NCBI GenBank assembly: GCA_902545035.1
Contig: CACCEJ010000005.1
Coordinates: 2,126 to 66,125 of the forward strand
From: an uncultured Pelagibacteraceae bacterium
Lineage (GTDB): Bacteria; Pseudomonadota; Alphaproteobacteria; Pelagibacterales; Pelagibacteraceae
Reading direction: 5' to 3'
Length of the DNA: 64,000 nt
The notes below the pieces were generated by a model. That model made no database searches, was not told where the DNA came from, and saw only the letters and a list, made by a program, of their open reading frames with translations. Below, piece after piece: positions 42,504 to 51,609 of this stretch. The stretch's first letter is position 1. Every line of letters begins with the position of its first letter. A program made the translations under genes and the position numbers.

Positions 42504-42893
42504 ATGAATAAAATTTTAATTGAGGTGTCTGTTGGTGAACTTTTAGATAAAATTTCAATCTTAGAAATCAAAAAAGAAAAAATTAAAGACTTTGATAAAT
42601 TAAAATATATTAATGATGAATATTTGATTCTAAAGAAGCAATTAGATGACAACATAATTTTAAATGATCAATTAAAAAAACTTTATAAAGAATTAAAGGT
42701 AATTAATGAAAAACTTTGGGATATAGAAGATAATAAAAGAATGTGCGAAAAAAAAAATGATTTTGGTGAAAATTTTATAAAATTATCTAGAGATGTTCAT
42801 TTTCTAAATGATGATAGAGCAAAAATTAAATTAGCTGTAAATAATCAAACCGGTTCAAAGATAAAAGAAATTAAGCAATACACAAACTATTAA
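42504..42893 (+). CDS. DUF6165-like conserved protein
   Basis: VSVGELLDKISILEIK, INEKLWDIED and NDDRAKIK. Confidence 0.75.
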   Translation: MNKILIEVSVGELLDKISILEIKKEKIKDFDKLKYINDEYLILKKQLDDNIILNDQLKKLYKELKVINEKLWDIEDNKRMCEKKNDFGENFIKLSRDVHFLNDDRAKIKLAVNNQTGSKIKEIKQYTNY

Positions 42894-43675
42894 AGCATAC
42901 TAGGAATAACTTTTCTTAAATCCATAGCTATTTTTGGTTTTATATTTGAATATATAATTCCTTTTCCAAATTTCTTGAGTGCCATTATTTTACCATCAGG
43001 TGAAATAATAACCGTATGCCCAAAAGTTTCTCTTTTAATCGTATTTTTTCCAGTTTGATTAGGAGCGAAAATGTAACAAAAATTTTCAATTGCTCTTGCT
43101 CTTAACAAAGTTAACCAATGTCTTTGACCAGTTGTTTTAGTAAATGCAGATGGAACAGCTATAAAACTTAAATTTCTTTTTGACAAGTTTCTATAAAGTT
43201 CTGGAAATCTTAAATCATAACAAATTGAAAGACCTATTTTTCCCCAGGGTAATTTAGCAGATACTAATTTTTTACCTGCCTTAAATACTTTACTTTCTTT
43301 GTGTTGTTCTTTTTTTGAAACTTTAACATCAAACATATTTATTTTATCGTAATAAGTATTTATTTTACCATTTGGTCCAATAAGAATAGATCTATTTCTT
43401 AATTTGCTTTTTTCTTTAATGCACATTGAGCCAATAAGTACCCATTTTTTCTTTCTTTTAGCTATAAGTTTTACTTTTTTTATTATTGGATCATGTTTCA
43501 TCTCATATGAATATTTAAATAAATTATTTTTATCTGCAGACATTAGAGAGGACGTTTCAGGAGTAATGATTAAGTCAGCTTTTCTCTTAATTGCTTGATT
43601 AATATATTTTATAATTTCTTTAAAATTTTTACTATAGTTTTCACCACTAGATAACTGGATACAAGCTACTTTCAT
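42890..43675 (-). CDS. Carbon-nitrogen hydrolase (Nit1-like amidase)
   Basis: Catalytic E (TPE), K (YDKI) and C (ICYDLRFPE), plus RARAIEN. Confidence 0.92.
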   Translation of the reverse strand: MKVACIQLSSGENYSKNFKEIIKYINQAIKRKADLIITPETSSLMSADKNNLFKYSYEMKHDPIIKKVKLIAKRKKKWVLIGSMCIKEKSKLRNRSILIGPNGKINTYYDKINMFDVKVSKKEQHKESKVFKAGKKLVSAKLPWGKIGLSICYDLRFPELYRNLSKRNLSFIAVPSAFTKTTGQRHWLTLLRARAIENFCYIFAPNQTGKNTIKRETFGHTVIISPDGKIMALKKFGKGIIYSNIKPKIAMDLRKVIPSML

Positions 43676-44349
43676 GTTTGAAATCCATATTTTTTTTCTA
43701 AGTATTTTACAATATTATGAATAATGAAAGTTAAAAATAAATATATTATTCCTGCAGTAATGAATGCTTCAAATGGCTTAAAAGTTAAAACGTTTACTTT
43801 TCTAGCTTCTCCCATTAAATCCATAATTGTTATTACACTTGCCAAAGATGTACCTTTTAGCATTAAAATTATTTCATTCCCATAAGCTGGTAATGATTGT
43901 TTTATCGCTATTGGGATTTGTATTTTATAAAAAGTAATTTTCTTTGAGACACCTAAACTTTGTGCAGCCTCTATATAACCCTCTTTTATTGTTTGGAAAG
44001 CTGATCTTAAAATTTCAGATGTATATGCGCCAGTGTTCAATGAGAATGCAATTATTGCACACCAATAAGGTTCTCTAATAATTACCCATAAAAATGAGTT
44101 TCTTAAAATTTCAATATTAGCCAAACCATAATAAATTAAATATAATTGGACCAGTAGCGGTGTACCTCTAAAAAAATAAGAATAACCATATGCAAACTTG
44201 TTAATAAATTGATTTTTATTGATCCTTAAAATTGCAAATATTAAACCAATAAACAATCCAAAAAACATTGAGGATATTAAAAGTTTTAAAGTTATAATTG
44301 CCCCATTTAACAAGCTTGGAAAAATACTGACCATTAAATTTATATCCAT
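43672..44349 (-). CDS. Polar amino acid ABC permease (HisM/OccM-like)
   Basis: FRGTPLLVQ, GAYTSEILR and EAA motif. Confidence 0.93.
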   Translation of the reverse strand: MDINLMVSIFPSLLNGAIITLKLLISSMFFGLFIGLIFAILRINKNQFINKFAYGYSYFFRGTPLLVQLYLIYYGLANIEILRNSFLWVIIREPYWCAIIAFSLNTGAYTSEILRSAFQTIKEGYIEAAQSLGVSKKITFYKIQIPIAIKQSLPAYGNEIILMLKGTSLASVITIMDLMGEARKVNVLTFKPFEAFITAGIIYLFLTFIIHNIVKYLEKKYGFQT

Positions 44350-45041
44350 TAGTAACCTTTGTTGTATCTAATTTCCAATTTGTTAATTATTTTCATGCTT
44401 AAAAATGTAAGAACTAAATATAGAACTGCAGCTACAGAATAAAAAAATAATGGGTCCCTTGTAGATCCTGCAGCAATATAAGACTGTCTCATAATTTCTA
44501 CTAATCCCGTTACAGATATTAGTGATGTATCTTTTAATGTTATTTGCCACACGTTGCTTAAATTAGGAATCGATAGCCTCAACATTTGAGGTAAAATAAC
44601 TTTATAAAATTGAATACTTTTCTTTATTCCTAAAACTTTTGAAGCTTCAAATTGACCTTTATCAATAGATAATATTGCTCCTCTGAAAACTTCTGTAGAA
44701 TATGCTCCTGATATAATTCCTATAGCTAGAGCGCCTGTTATAAATGCATTAATCTCGATATAACCATCATATCCAAAAATTGAAGCAACATACATTGCGG
44801 CTCCTGTGCCGCCAAAAAATAATAAATATATTACTAATAGTTCTGGAACACCTCTTATAATTGTTGTGTAACAATTTCCGATAATATTTACTGTTTTATT
44901 TTTAGATAATTTTAAAGGGGTAAATATTAAAGCAAATAAGAAACCTATTGCCATAGCTGCTATAGAGACAGCAATTGTCATCAAGGTTGCAAAAAACAGT
45001 TCGTCTCCCCAACCTGTATCTCCAAAGGTTAAAAGCTCCAT
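44349..45041 (-). CDS. Polar amino acid ABC permease (HisQ/OccQ-like)
   Basis: RGVPELL, GAYSTEVFRGA and GQFEAS motifs. Confidence 0.93.
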   Translation of the reverse strand: MELLTFGDTGWGDELFFATLMTIAVSIAAMAIGFLFALIFTPLKLSKNKTVNIIGNCYTTIIRGVPELLVIYLLFFGGTGAAMYVASIFGYDGYIEINAFITGALAIGIISGAYSTEVFRGAILSIDKGQFEASKVLGIKKSIQFYKVILPQMLRLSIPNLSNVWQITLKDTSLISVTGLVEIMRQSYIAAGSTRDPLFFYSVAAVLYLVLTFLSMKIINKLEIRYNKGY

Positions 45042-45042
45042 A

Positions 45043-45078
45043 TAGATTGGCGACTATATATTATAGCCGCCATATCTA
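45043..45078 (-). other. mRNA stem-loop between the SBP and permease genes
   Basis: Minus strand TGGCGGCTATA-loop-TATAGTCGCCA with one G-U pair, extended by TAGAT/ATCTA; no U-tract. Confidence 0.6.
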
Positions 45079-45085
45079 AAATTAA

Positions 45086-45913
45086 TTACATTGATGCATC
45101 GAAACCAAACCATTTAATAGCTATCCTACTGATATGGCCATCTTTTCTAGCTTTATCTATTGCTTTGTTAAATTCTTTTAAAAGTTTAGTATCGTCTTTT
45201 CTGATACCTACCCCTACTCCATTACCAAATGCACCGCCTGAAAAAGTTGGTCCCACAAGTACAACAGCCTCACCAGATTTTTCTGCATAGTCAGTAAATG
45301 CAACTGCAGCTGCTAAAGCTACATCACATCTGCCATTAGATAAATCAAGATTAACCTCATCTTGTGTCTTGTACGTTTTTAAATTTACTTTACCAACATC
45401 TCCAGACTCAAGAAAGTTTTGATGAATTGTTCCAATTTGAGTACAAACTGTTTTTCCTGATAAAGCTGAGGTTAATGTTTTCATAGCTTTATTAACAGCT
45501 GATCCACCAAGGTTTAAGTTTACAGCTTCAGGAGTATCTATTCCTTCTAGATCAGAACCTTTCATAACAGCTAAGGATGCAACCTCATCAGCATATCCTT
45601 GAGAAAAATTAATAGTTTTCATTCTTTCCTCAGTAATTGACATTCCAGCCATTATTGCATCAAATTTTTTTGACGTTAATGCTGGTATCATTCCATCCCA
45701 ATCTTGTTCAACTATTTCACATTGTTGACCAATATATCTACAAAGTGTCCATGCAAGCTCTACCTCAAATCCAATTAATTTCCCCGAAGCATCTTTTGAA
45801 TTCCAGGGAGGATAAGCTCCTTCAGTTCCAATCCGAATTTTATCAGCATTAGCAGAGCCAATTAAAAATAAGGACAATAGAAAAGTTAAAAATATACTTT
45901 TTATTACATTCAT
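45086..45913 (-). CDS. Basic amino acid ABC substrate-binding protein (ArgT/HisJ/OccT family)
   Basis: GTEGAYPPWN, GFEVEL, WDGMIPAL and MSITEER. Likely start is 45913 after GGAGG. Confidence 0.92.
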   Translation of the reverse strand: MNVIKSIFLTFLLSLFLIGSANADKIRIGTEGAYPPWNSKDASGKLIGFEVELAWTLCRYIGQQCEIVEQDWDGMIPALTSKKFDAIMAGMSITEERMKTINFSQGYADEVASLAVMKGSDLEGIDTPEAVNLNLGGSAVNKAMKTLTSALSGKTVCTQIGTIHQNFLESGDVGKVNLKTYKTQDEVNLDLSNGRCDVALAAAVAFTDYAEKSGEAVVLVGPTFSGGAFGNGVGVGIRKDDTKLLKEFNKAIDKARKDGHISRIAIKWFGFDASM

Positions 45914-45971
45914 TGTTTCCTCCATTAAAATAATAATTATTTCATAATTTTTGAGATTAAAAAAGAAAATT

Positions 45972-47012
45972 CTAATGATTTATTGAGGAAGAAAAATTCC
46001 AAGAACAATCAAAACTGGGGACATAAACTCTAGATAATTTAGTATTACCGAAAGTTTCATTAAATATATTCAACCAATTTTCAACTTGCTTTGGTTTTTT
46101 GTCTTGGCTCCCAACTTGAGCTGTAATTACACCTTTTGGTTTTAATATTCTTACAAGTGAATTCATATTATTAGCAGCTAAATCAATACAATATTGATCG
46201 TCATTTAGATCAACAAATATTTGATCATATGTATCATCTTTGATGGCTTTTATGCTTTCAAATGCATCTCCCCATATACATTTTACTGAATTTTTTTCAG
46301 TGGCCTTATTTCCAATTGTTCCAATATGTTTATCACAAACATCTACAACTTCGGGATCTAATTCAAACCAATCTATAAAACCAAAATTTTTTAAAATACA
46401 CTCTCTTGCAACTCCACCATCACCTCCTCCAATAATTGCAGCCTTTTCTTTATTTGAGTTTAATTTTAATCCTGAGTTTACAAATGTAGAACTATATAAA
46501 TGCTCATCGCTCTCAGCAACTTGAATTTCATTATCTATAAATAATGCTTTTCCAAACTGTTCTAATTCTAATATCTCAATGTGTTGTCCAACTTTTGATT
46601 TAAAGTTTTCTATTACTTTATTTACCACATATGATTTTTTTAAACCTGGTGAGCTATAATTGTCATGATAGAGGTCTACGGTATCTCGATTAAACTGTTT
46701 TTTAATTATATGAGTATGTTCAATTTCATCTTTAATAACCTCTAAGGCAACAGAGGGAGAAATTTTTGCACATGTAAAAAAATCGAAACTGATAATTCCT
46801 TTTTCAGGAAATGTATGAAAACTAATGTGACTTTCTGCCAATAATGCAACTAAAGTAAATCCTTGAGGCTCAAACTTATATTTTGATATTTGGAGTACAG
46901 TAACTTTTGCTATTTTAGCAATTTTGTAAACTAATTTTTCAAAGAAGACAGGATCATACTCCTTTTTTGTGCCTATTATATCTAAGGTAATATGTTCTCC
47001 AACTTTAGTCAT
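45972..47012 (-). CDS. Fused S-adenosylmethionine decarboxylase / aminopropyltransferase (SpeD-SpeE)
   Basis: N-terminal FEPQG..LLAE-SHISFHTFPE pyruvoyl site; C-terminal IIGGGDGG, ELDPEVV and GDA aminopropyltransferase motifs. Confidence 0.9.
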   Translation of the reverse strand: MTKVGEHITLDIIGTKKEYDPVFFEKLVYKIAKIAKVTVLQISKYKFEPQGFTLVALLAESHISFHTFPEKGIISFDFFTCAKISPSVALEVIKDEIEHTHIIKKQFNRDTVDLYHDNYSSPGLKKSYVVNKVIENFKSKVGQHIEILELEQFGKALFIDNEIQVAESDEHLYSSTFVNSGLKLNSNKEKAAIIGGGDGGVARECILKNFGFIDWFELDPEVVDVCDKHIGTIGNKATEKNSVKCIWGDAFESIKAIKDDTYDQIFVDLNDDQYCIDLAANNMNSLVRILKPKGVITAQVGSQDKKPKQVENWLNIFNETFGNTKLSRVYVPSFDCSWNFSSSINH

Positions 47013-47082
47013 ATAATTATTAAATAACTTTAGTATTTTAATTTTTTACTTCTTTCAAATAAAAAACTACGGTAATAGTTTA

Positions 47083-49131
47083 TTGAAGGGTAATGCTGTG
47101 AAAAATAATTGGTCAAATAACGAGGCTAAAAAATACATATTAAAATACACGAAACTTGGTCATTCTAAGGACATGGCTCTCAGGGTTTATACGACTAGGC
47201 TACTTGGAAGAAATAGTGAGCTAGTTTTACATGGTGGCGGCAACACCTCTGTTAAGACAACTATTAAAGATTTAGATGAAAAAAAATATGATGTTTTGTG
47301 TGTAAAAGGAAGTGGCTGGGATATGGCTGAAATTGAACCAGAAGGATTGCCAGCAGTAAAATTGAACCCTCTTTTAGCTTTAAGGAATAAAAAAAAATTA
47401 TCAGATGAAGAAATGGTAGCATATCAAAAAAGGAATTTAATTAATATTAAATCGCCCAATCCATCAGTAGAAACTTTTCTACATGCTTTTTTACCTTTTA
47501 AATTTGTTGACCACACACATTCTGATGCAATTATGAATGTAACTAATAGACCAAATAGTTTTGCTTTTTGTAAAAAGATATTTGGAAAAAGAGTAAGTTT
47601 AATTCCTTATGTAATGCCTGGATATGGATTAGCTCAAAAAATTAAAGAGGTTTATAACAAAAACCCTAATATAAATTGTCTTATCTTGCTAAATCATGGA
47701 ATATTTACTTTTTCTGATGATGCAAAAGAGTCTTATGATCTTATGATAAAGTATGTAACAGATGCAGAAAAGGCTTTAAGAAAGTTAAAAAGAAAAAAAA
47801 TTAAACAAATAACTAAATTAAATACAAAAATTACTCCTTCTCAAATAGCACCAATATTAAGAGGATTAGCATCTAAAGGTGCTAATAAGAAATTTATTTT
47901 AACCTTTAGAAATAATAAAATTTTAAATTATTTCATTAATGGAAATGATGTAGAGAGATATTCAACAGAGGGTACGGCTACACCGGACCATGTCATTAGA
48001 GTAAAACCTTTCCCTTTAATAATTAAACCTAAACATAACTCATCAATTGATGATTTTAAAAAAACTGCAATTAAAGCTTTTATTAATTATAAAAAAAAAT
48101 ACTTGAAATACTTTGAACAGAATCAAAAAAAAGTTAAAGAAAAGAAAACGATGCTAGATACTTCACCAAGAGTGATATTAGTACAGAATATTGGTGTATT
48201 TTGTATAGGGGATAATCTAAAAGCAGCAAAGGTAGCAGCGGACTTAACAGAAACTAATGCTAGAGTAATTTCCTCAGTTGAAGAAACTTCAAAATATAAA
48301 TTCATATCAAAAAAAGATATTTTTGATGTTGAATATTGGTCCCTAGAACAAGCAAAAATAAAAAAAGAAATAAAAGAATTAGCAGGTAATGTTGTTGTTA
48401 TTACTGGTGCATTTGGAAAAATTGGGACAGCAACTTACAAATTATTTAAAAAATATGGAGCAGAGGTAGTTTTAATAGACAATAATAGGAAAAAAGTTAG
48501 TGAAATGAGTAAAAAAATTGATGATCTTTGTATCTATTGTGATGTAACAAACAAAGAAAGTGTTAAAAAGGCATTTAATTTAATTTCATCCAAATTTGGA
48601 GGGATAGATATCCTAATATCAAATGCAGGAACTGCTTTGGGAGGATCTATCGCTGAAGTTGATGACAAAATTTTAAGAAAAAGCTTCGAAGATAATTTTT
48701 TTTCACATCAAAATTGTGCAGCTGAAGCTACCAAAATAATGAAAGCTCAAAATATTGAGGGATGTTTATTATTTAATATATCTAAACAGTCTGTAAATCC
48801 TGGTAAAAATTTTGGACCTTATGGGTTGCCTAAGTCTGCCTTATTAAATTTATGTAAACAGTATGCATTAGACTATGGGTCCTATGGAATAAGATCTAAT
48901 GGAGTAAACGCAGATAGAATTAGGAGTGGTCTCTTAAATGATGAAATGATTAAATCTAGAGCTAAAGCGAGAGATGTTTCAACAGAGGATTATATGAAAG
49001 GCAATTTGCTTCTAAATGAAGTTAAAGCCGAAGATGTTGCAAAAGCATTTTTTCACCTTTCAGTTTCCAAAAAAACTACTGGAGCTGTTTTAACGGTTGA
49101 TGGTGGAAATATTGCTGCTTCTTTAAGATAA
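47083..49131 (+). CDS. Bifunctional class II aldolase / short-chain dehydrogenase (RhaEW/YuxG-like)
   Basis: GGGNTS, PSVE..LH, HTH and NHG in the aldolase domain; TGAFGKIG, NAG and YGLPK in the SDR domain. True start may be the GTG at 47098. Confidence 0.9.
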   Translation: MKGNAVKNNWSNNEAKKYILKYTKLGHSKDMALRVYTTRLLGRNSELVLHGGGNTSVKTTIKDLDEKKYDVLCVKGSGWDMAEIEPEGLPAVKLNPLLALRNKKKLSDEEMVAYQKRNLINIKSPNPSVETFLHAFLPFKFVDHTHSDAIMNVTNRPNSFAFCKKIFGKRVSLIPYVMPGYGLAQKIKEVYNKNPNINCLILLNHGIFTFSDDAKESYDLMIKYVTDAEKALRKLKRKKIKQITKLNTKITPSQIAPILRGLASKGANKKFILTFRNNKILNYFINGNDVERYSTEGTATPDHVIRVKPFPLIIKPKHNSSIDDFKKTAIKAFINYKKKYLKYFEQNQKKVKEKKTMLDTSPRVILVQNIGVFCIGDNLKAAKVAADLTETNARVISSVEETSKYKFISKKDIFDVEYWSLEQAKIKKEIKELAGNVVVITGAFGKIGTATYKLFKKYGAEVVLIDNNRKKVSEMSKKIDDLCIYCDVTNKESVKKAFNLISSKFGGIDILISNAGTALGGSIAEVDDKILRKSFEDNFFSHQNCAAEATKIMKAQNIEGCLLFNISKQSVNPGKNFGPYGLPKSALLNLCKQYALDYGSYGIRSNGVNADRIRSGLLNDEMIKSRAKARDVSTEDYMKGNLLLNEVKAEDVAKAFFHLSVSKKTTGAVLTVDGGNIAASLR

Positions 49132-49134
49132 TTT

Positions 49135-49274
49135 ATGCCATTTTACCAACCAAAAAAATTCCTAGTTTGATGGTTGCTCCAAATGGTGCAAGAAAAGTCA
49201 AAAAAGGTCATCCAGAAGTACCTTTTACTATCCAAGAGAATGTCAATGTTATTAGAATTTGTCTTAAAGGATAG
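49135..49274 (+). pseudogene. Remnant 5' end of a BKACE/Kce (DUF849) beta-keto acid cleavage enzyme gene
   Basis: Manual translation gives ...IPSLMVAPNGARKVKKGHPEVPFTIQENV..IC-stop, matching the BKACE N-terminus. The ATG at 49135 is out of frame and a stop occurs at 49272-49274. Confidence 0.7.
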
Positions 49275-49310
49275 ATGTTATACTAAAGTGCACGGAATTA
49301 TGATAAGTAT

Positions 49311-49655
49311 ATGGCGATGAATCCATTAATATTATCTTTAATTGGTCTTGTATTAGTTGGTGTATCAGCAAATTTATTAAAATTAATAAAAAAAAATAAA
49401 ATTTTATTATTAATTTCAATATTACCATGTATTTATATTTTTATTTATGGTCTTTATGCAACTTTTGGGCCTATTGATTTATACAAAGATGGCACAGAAA
49501 ATTTCATTGCTCAAAATCCTGGAAAAGATTTACCGGTAGTGTTTGTTCTTTTAAAGTTTTATCAATATATTTTAATTTTTGTCGGAGCAATTTTTGGATT
49601 AATTTATTTTAATTATTTAAAAAATTTTAGTGAGTCTAATCAGTCATCAGACTAA
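49311..49655 (+). CDS. Hypothetical three-TM membrane protein
   Basis: Hydrophobic, very AT-rich 114-aa ORF. Confidence 0.6.
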   Translation: MAMNPLILSLIGLVLVGVSANLLKLIKKNKILLLISILPCIYIFIYGLYATFGPIDLYKDGTENFIAQNPGKDLPVVFVLLKFYQYILIFVGAIFGLIYFNYLKNFSESNQSSD

Positions 49656-49743
49656 GCAAATATAATCATATAGCCAGAAAAGTAATAATAAAAAAGTCTA
49701 ATCACATCAGTCTTTTTAAATAATATATTTTAAACTTTATTGA

Positions 49744-50817
49744 TTACTTGTTAAACATTTTTTTTAAGCCTTCCGTGGAAGCTTCGCATATTCCTTTCTC
49801 TGTTATTAAACCTGTTACATATTTTGCTGGAGTAATATCAAATGCTAGATTCATTGATTTGCTTGTTTCAGGATAAATCAAAACCTTTTTAATATTATTA
49901 TTTTCATCTTTTCCTTCTATATGAGATAACTCTTCAGAGTTTCTCTCTTCGATAGGAATATTTTTGGAATCTTTTATATCCCAGTCTATTGTTGAACTTG
50001 GTAAGGCTACATAAAAAGGAACATTATTGTCATGAGCGGCCAATGCTTTTAAATATGTACCAATTTTATTACAAACATCACCAGTTGATAAAGTTCTATC
50101 TGTTCCAACAATACACATATCAACCTCCCCACGTTGCATTAATATTCCACCAGTATTATCTGCAATTAAAGTGTTTGGAATATTTTCTTCATTCAACTCA
50201 TATGAAGTCAAGTTTGCTCCTTGATTTCTTGGTCTAGTTTCATCAACCCAAACATGAATGGGAATCCCTTTTTTATGTGCATGATAAATTGGCGAGGTTG
50301 CTGTTCCCCAATCTATAGTTGCTAACCAACCTGCATTACAGTGTGTTAAGATATTAACTGTTTTATTATTTTTATTGTAAATTTCTTCAATAATTTTAAG
50401 TCCATTAAGTCCAATATTCTCACAAAACTTTACATCCTCATCACATATTAATTTTGCTTCTTTTAATGCCACGTCTAATAATTCATCAGATTTTACAAAT
50501 GATAATTTGTTATTCATTCTATGAATTGCCCATTGCAAATTTATAGCTGTAGGTCTTGAATTAACTAATTCCTCTGAACTTTTTTTAATGAAATCTAAAC
50601 CTATATTTTCTTGTATTGCTAAAACTATTCCATAAGCAGCGGTTCCACCAATTAGAGGTGCTCCTCTTACCTCCATAGTTTTTATAGCGTTTACTGCATC
50701 TTTTATTGTCTTCAAATCTTTAATAACAAACTGATGTGGAAGTTTTGTTTGATCAATTATTTTTACTACACTATTTTCGTACCAAATCGTCCTATATTTT
50801 TTTCCCTTTACTCTCAT
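49744..50817 (-). CDS. mtnA: S-methyl-5-thioribose-1-phosphate isomerase
   Basis: DQTKLP, VRGAPLIG, RPTAINL, THCNAG, ETRP and NKIGTY motifs. Confidence 0.96.
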   Translation of the reverse strand: MRVKGKKYRTIWYENSVVKIIDQTKLPHQFVIKDLKTIKDAVNAIKTMEVRGAPLIGGTAAYGIVLAIQENIGLDFIKKSSEELVNSRPTAINLQWAIHRMNNKLSFVKSDELLDVALKEAKLICDEDVKFCENIGLNGLKIIEEIYNKNNKTVNILTHCNAGWLATIDWGTATSPIYHAHKKGIPIHVWVDETRPRNQGANLTSYELNEENIPNTLIADNTGGILMQRGEVDMCIVGTDRTLSTGDVCNKIGTYLKALAAHDNNVPFYVALPSSTIDWDIKDSKNIPIEERNSEELSHIEGKDENNNIKKVLIYPETSKSMNLAFDITPAKYVTGLITEKGICEASTEGLKKMFNK

Positions 50818-51609
50818 TTAATTACTCCAAACCACAGGAAACCAATCCTCTCTCATTTTATCTCCTGGTTTTAAATCTATTCCTACAAAAGGTGGAGAGG
50901 TTTCTCCTTTTCTATCAATGTACCTTACATCGTCTCCGATAAATCTTGCAGAAAAAGCTTTGCGACTTTTTTTTTCATTATTTCCTAAGGATGAGTGTAA
51001 AACTTTAAAATTAAATAATATCGCATCTCCAATATTCATCTCTGCACTAAAAATATTATTTTTATCTATATTGGGCATATCCATAAAACTATTGTTATTT
51101 TTATACCAAAACGAATTATTTGACCATTTAGTAGGCTTTACCAACATTGGCAACTTATGAGATCCTTTCAAAACTTTTAGAGAATTATCTTTTGATACAT
51201 TATCTAATGGTATCCAAAAACTTCCTGTATCATTCCCATCTAAGCAATAATATGGAAGATCTTGATGCCATGGGGTTTCTTTTATTGTTCCTGGTTCCTT
51301 TAAGAAAATATGTTCATGGAACACCTGAATTTTTTTAGATTGAGTTGATTGAGCAACAATTTCTGCTGCAGGTGAATTAAAAATAAAATCTTTAAATTCC
51401 TCAATTCTTTCCCAATTACAATAATCCTCAAAAAATCTTCCTCTTTCTTGATTTGAAATATTTTCTCTTCCATGTGAACTTGGGTTATTTAATACTTTTT
51501 GAAATCCGTTTTTAAGTTTTTCAATCCAAGGTAAAAAAACTTCTCTGATTAAAATTACTCCATCATTTTTATAATTCAAAATTTGTTTATCAGATAATTT
51601 TAATTTCAC
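50818..51609 (-). CDS. PhyH-family Fe(II)/2-oxoglutarate dioxygenase
   Basis: WHQD facial-triad motif, WIPLD, GSH and distal H...R; lies between mtnP and mtnA. Confidence 0.88.
   Translation of the reverse strand: MKLKLSDKQILNYKNDGVILIREVFLPWIEKLKNGFQKVLNNPSSHGRENISNQERGRFFEDYCNWERIEEFKDFIFNSPAAEIVAQSTQSKKIQVFHEHIFLKEPGTIKETPWHQDLPYYCLDGNDTGSFWIPLDNVSKDNSLKVLKGSHKLPMLVKPTKWSNNSFWYKNNNSFMDMPNIDKNNIFSAEMNIGDAILFNFKVLHSSLGNNEKKSRKAFSARFIGDDVRYIDRKGETSPPFVGIDLKPGDKMREDWFPVVWSN

Noticed and set aside
47013-47082. SAM-V/SAM-II riboswitch upstream of speD-speE or the mtn genes
   Set aside because: The intergenic regions are short and AT-only, with no recognisable aptamer or pseudoknot; a covariance search was not possible.
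47083-49131. Rhamnose catabolism locus
   Set aside because: No rhamnose isomerase, kinase, mutarotase or sugar transporter is nearby; the context points to MTA salvage instead.
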